A DNA stretch of 64,000 bases from Squalus acanthias (taxonomy: Eukaryota), in NCBI GenBank assembly GCA_030390025.1, contig JASTWF010000033.1:4652001-4716000 (forward strand), written 5' to 3'. The notes beneath the pieces were generated by a model. It worked only from the letters and a program-made list of their open reading frames with translations, made no database searches and was not told the origin of the DNA. Position 1 is the first letter of the stretch. The number at the start of each line of letters is the position of its first letter. Both the position numbers and the translations under genes were made by a program. Below are positions 61,183 through 64,000 of this stretch, piece by piece.

Positions 61183-62570
61183 GTGATCTTCCATTCCCTT
61201 CCTCGACTTCTCGATCTTCATTTCAGGGTCTAGGCCATCCACCAATATCTGCTATAATCCCACGAACTCCCAGGAATCTTGAGTAGACTTCCTCCCACCC
61301 GGCTTCCTGGAAGGACTATATTCTATTCTCAAAGTTTCTCTGCCACCGTTGCATATATTCTGACGATGCCACCTTTCACACCAGTGCTTCCGAAATGTCT
61401 TCATATTTCCTCAGCCGAGTATTCACCTCCATTGTGAATGACAGGGCCCTCGACCGTGTCAATCTGCATTGCTCCCATCACCCCTTGTCCTCAGCTTCCA
61501 CTGCACCAGACTTCAGATTCAACGGATCATCCTCTGCCGTTTCCATCATGTCCAGCTAAGGCCAACAACAAACATATCTTCCCCTGCACTCCCATCCCCC
61601 CGGCCCTCGCAACACCCTGGTCCACTCTTCCATCACCACTAACATCTGCTCCCCTTCCCCGGCACCTTTCTATGCAAGCGCAGGAGATGCAACAGCTGCC
61701 CTTTCCCATCTTTCCTTCCCACCAGCCAAGGCCTCATACATTCCATCCACGTGAAAGACTAATTTACTTGTACTTCCACCGATGTAGTAAATCATACTCG
61801 CTGCCCACGATCCAGTCTCCTGTACATTGGGTGGAATAAGCACAGATTGGGTGATTGATTTGCTGAACGCCTCCGTTCAGTCCACAAGTGTGATCCAGAG
61901 CTTCAGCTCACTTCCCACTTTAATTCTACATCCCACTCCCACTCTGAACTCTCTTTTCTCGGCCTCCTGCACTGTACCCATTTTAAACTCAATGAGGAAC
62001 AGCACCTTATTTTTCGATTCGGCATTTTATTGCCTGCCGGATTCAACACTAAGTTTAAAAACTTCAGATCATAACCTCCGCTCCCGTTTTCTCGGACGAC
62101 ATGTGCTGGTAATGGAGGATGGCTCCACCAGAGCCACTGGGAGTGGAGGAGGTTTGGGCTGGGGCTTGGGGTGGCGATCCCGGTACACGGTCAGCGGGCT
62201 GGCCCAAACACCTGGGGTCTACCCAACTTTGTCCGCCACATGTGCCCTACTACCCCTCCCCCTTGTTATTCTGCTGTAACCATTTACACCTCCTCTAGAC
62301 CCATCTTCTGTTTCTTTAATTCTCCTATTCGCCTTGCACCATCATCCCTTTAGTCATTGAATCACTCCTGCCCTCCAACCAATCACAGAGATTCCTATTT
62401 TTTCTATCCTTATGCTAAAGCACTTTTCTGTGACTCTATCATTGCTTTAATACCGATAATATCTGGAATCGTCCAGTTCTGATGAAAGGTCATGGACCTG
62501 AAATGTTAACTCTGTTTCTCTCTGCACAGATGCTGCCTGTCCCGCTGAGTGTTTTCAGCATTGTATTTTT
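61183..62570 (+). mobile_element. Old degenerate Penelope family B element
   Basis: Colinear with 16291-17552; hammerhead-like CTGATGAAAGGTCATGGACCTGAAA at ~62479. Confidence 0.8.
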
Positions 62571-62599
62571 TAATAAATTAAAGCTAGTATTAAGTAAAA

Positions 62600-64000
62600 G
62601 GAGGAAGCTTGTAAAGTTGCCAGAAAACACGGTCAGCCTGAGGATTGGGATCTTTTAGAAATCAGCAAAGGGGGACCAAGAAATGGATAAAGAAAGGGAA
62701 ACTGGAATATGAGCACAAATTAGCGAAAAATATAAAAACGGATTGTAAAAGCTTCCATAGGTATGTGAAAAGGAAAAGACTGGCGAAGGTAAATGTAGGT
62801 CCTTTACACTCAGAGATAGGATCATTTATATTGGGGAATGAGGAAATGTCCGGGAAATTAAATAAATACTTTGTTTCTGTCTTCACGGAGGAAGACACAA
62901 AAAACCTCCCAGAAATACGAGAAAACCAAGGGTGTGGCGTGAATGAAGAACATAATGGCCCAGAAATTGGAGTTCGATGGTTTCCGCGGGGGTAAGGATC
63001 CCCCGCGATATCGCACTCCTCGCCTACCTTTATGGTTTTGTCCCACACGAGCTTCAGTTCCTGGGCCTCTCCCTGGTGCCGGCGCGCAGTGTGTGCGTGT
63101 CCCAGAGGCGCAGTTAATTCGATGCGACCTCTGGGATCACGTGGGCCAGATAGAGCCAAAGGCAGCACACCATCTTTTATTCATTGTTTTGACGGCAAGA
63201 GCTGTCAAAACTATGAATACAACAAGCCCCCAAAAGAACAGCTAAACCTCAATTAAATTTAAAAAAAAGCCATCACATTAATAAAATAACTATAGTTAAA
63301 TAAATTAACCACTTTAAACAAAAATTTAAATTTTTGAAAAAATTTAAATTCTTTTTAAAAGTTATAAAAATGAACTTACCTTTCTTTAAAGTCTCTAAAA
63401 ATGATAAACCTGTTGAAAATTTTTTAAAATAATACTTAATTAACTACTTACCTTGTTAAAAGGGGGTCTTACGCCTGCTTTCTTTATGTGTAAAATCTTC
63501 AACACTTCCCTGCACTTTCAAACCTGAAAAAAAACTAAGTGCGCTGCGTCCGCACAACCTGTAGCGCGCACGTTGCTCACTTAGGAACCGCCCCCTTCGC
63601 AATACCCGAAGTATCGGTTTCCCACGCATGCGCAGTGCATGCAGGAAACCGGCACTTCGGGACCTCATACGCGAGAGTACACAGTTTGTACTCTCCCGTA
63701 TTCAGTCTAATTTTAGGGCCAATGAAATTATTATTCGTAAAAAAGCAGTACTAGCAAAATTAATGGGACTAAAAGTCGATAAATCACAAGGACCGGATGA
63801 CCGACATCCTCGAGTGTTGTAAGAGGTGGCCATTGGGATAGTGGACGCATTGGTTGTCATCTTCCAAAAATCTATAGATTCTAGAATGGTTCCTGCAGAT
63901 TGGAGGATAGCAAATGTAACCTGCTTTTTAAGAAAAGATGGAGTGAGAAAAGGGGATCTACAGACCTCTTAGTCTCACATCAGTCGTTGGGAAAATGCTA
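62600..64000 (+). mobile_element. CR1 ORF2 middle fragment, split by MITE copy 3
   Basis: KLAKNIKTDCKSF...NKYFVSVFTEED...NEEHN joins EIIIRKKAVLAKLMGLKVDKSQGPD after the MITE. Confidence 0.9.
62957..63720. mobile_element. MITE copy 3
   Basis: TIRs GGCCCAGAAATTGGA / TCTAATTTTAGGGCC; AAT duplicated; cleanly interrupts a CR1 reading frame. Confidence 0.9.

Overview
This is eukaryotic, repeat-dense DNA, almost certainly from a cartilaginous fish (shark-type CR1, L2 and Penelope families, a Deu-type SINE, and a 500-N scaffold gap). The host genes form a same-strand cluster of two-exon class A GPCRs of the GPR139/GPR142-like type: a frameshifted copy at 2460-4498, an intact exon 2 at 9218-10119, and an intact exon 1 with an upstream TATA box at 54086-54152. 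Most of the rest is nested CR1, L2, Penelope-like (with hammerhead-like motifs) and MITE insertions, plus seven tandem-repeat families. The most notable object is a decayed endogenous retrovirus at about 37.1-45.6 kb. Its pol has a degenerate RNase H tether, a second retroviral-type RNase H and a gypsy-like integrase. Its env, invisible as a unit in the ORF track because a CR1 splits it, reconstructs to signal peptide, RRKR furin site, fusion peptide, heptad repeat and C-terminal TM, which suggests a lokiretrovirus-like element. All calls were made by eye; repeat boundaries are approximate and family names need database confirmation.
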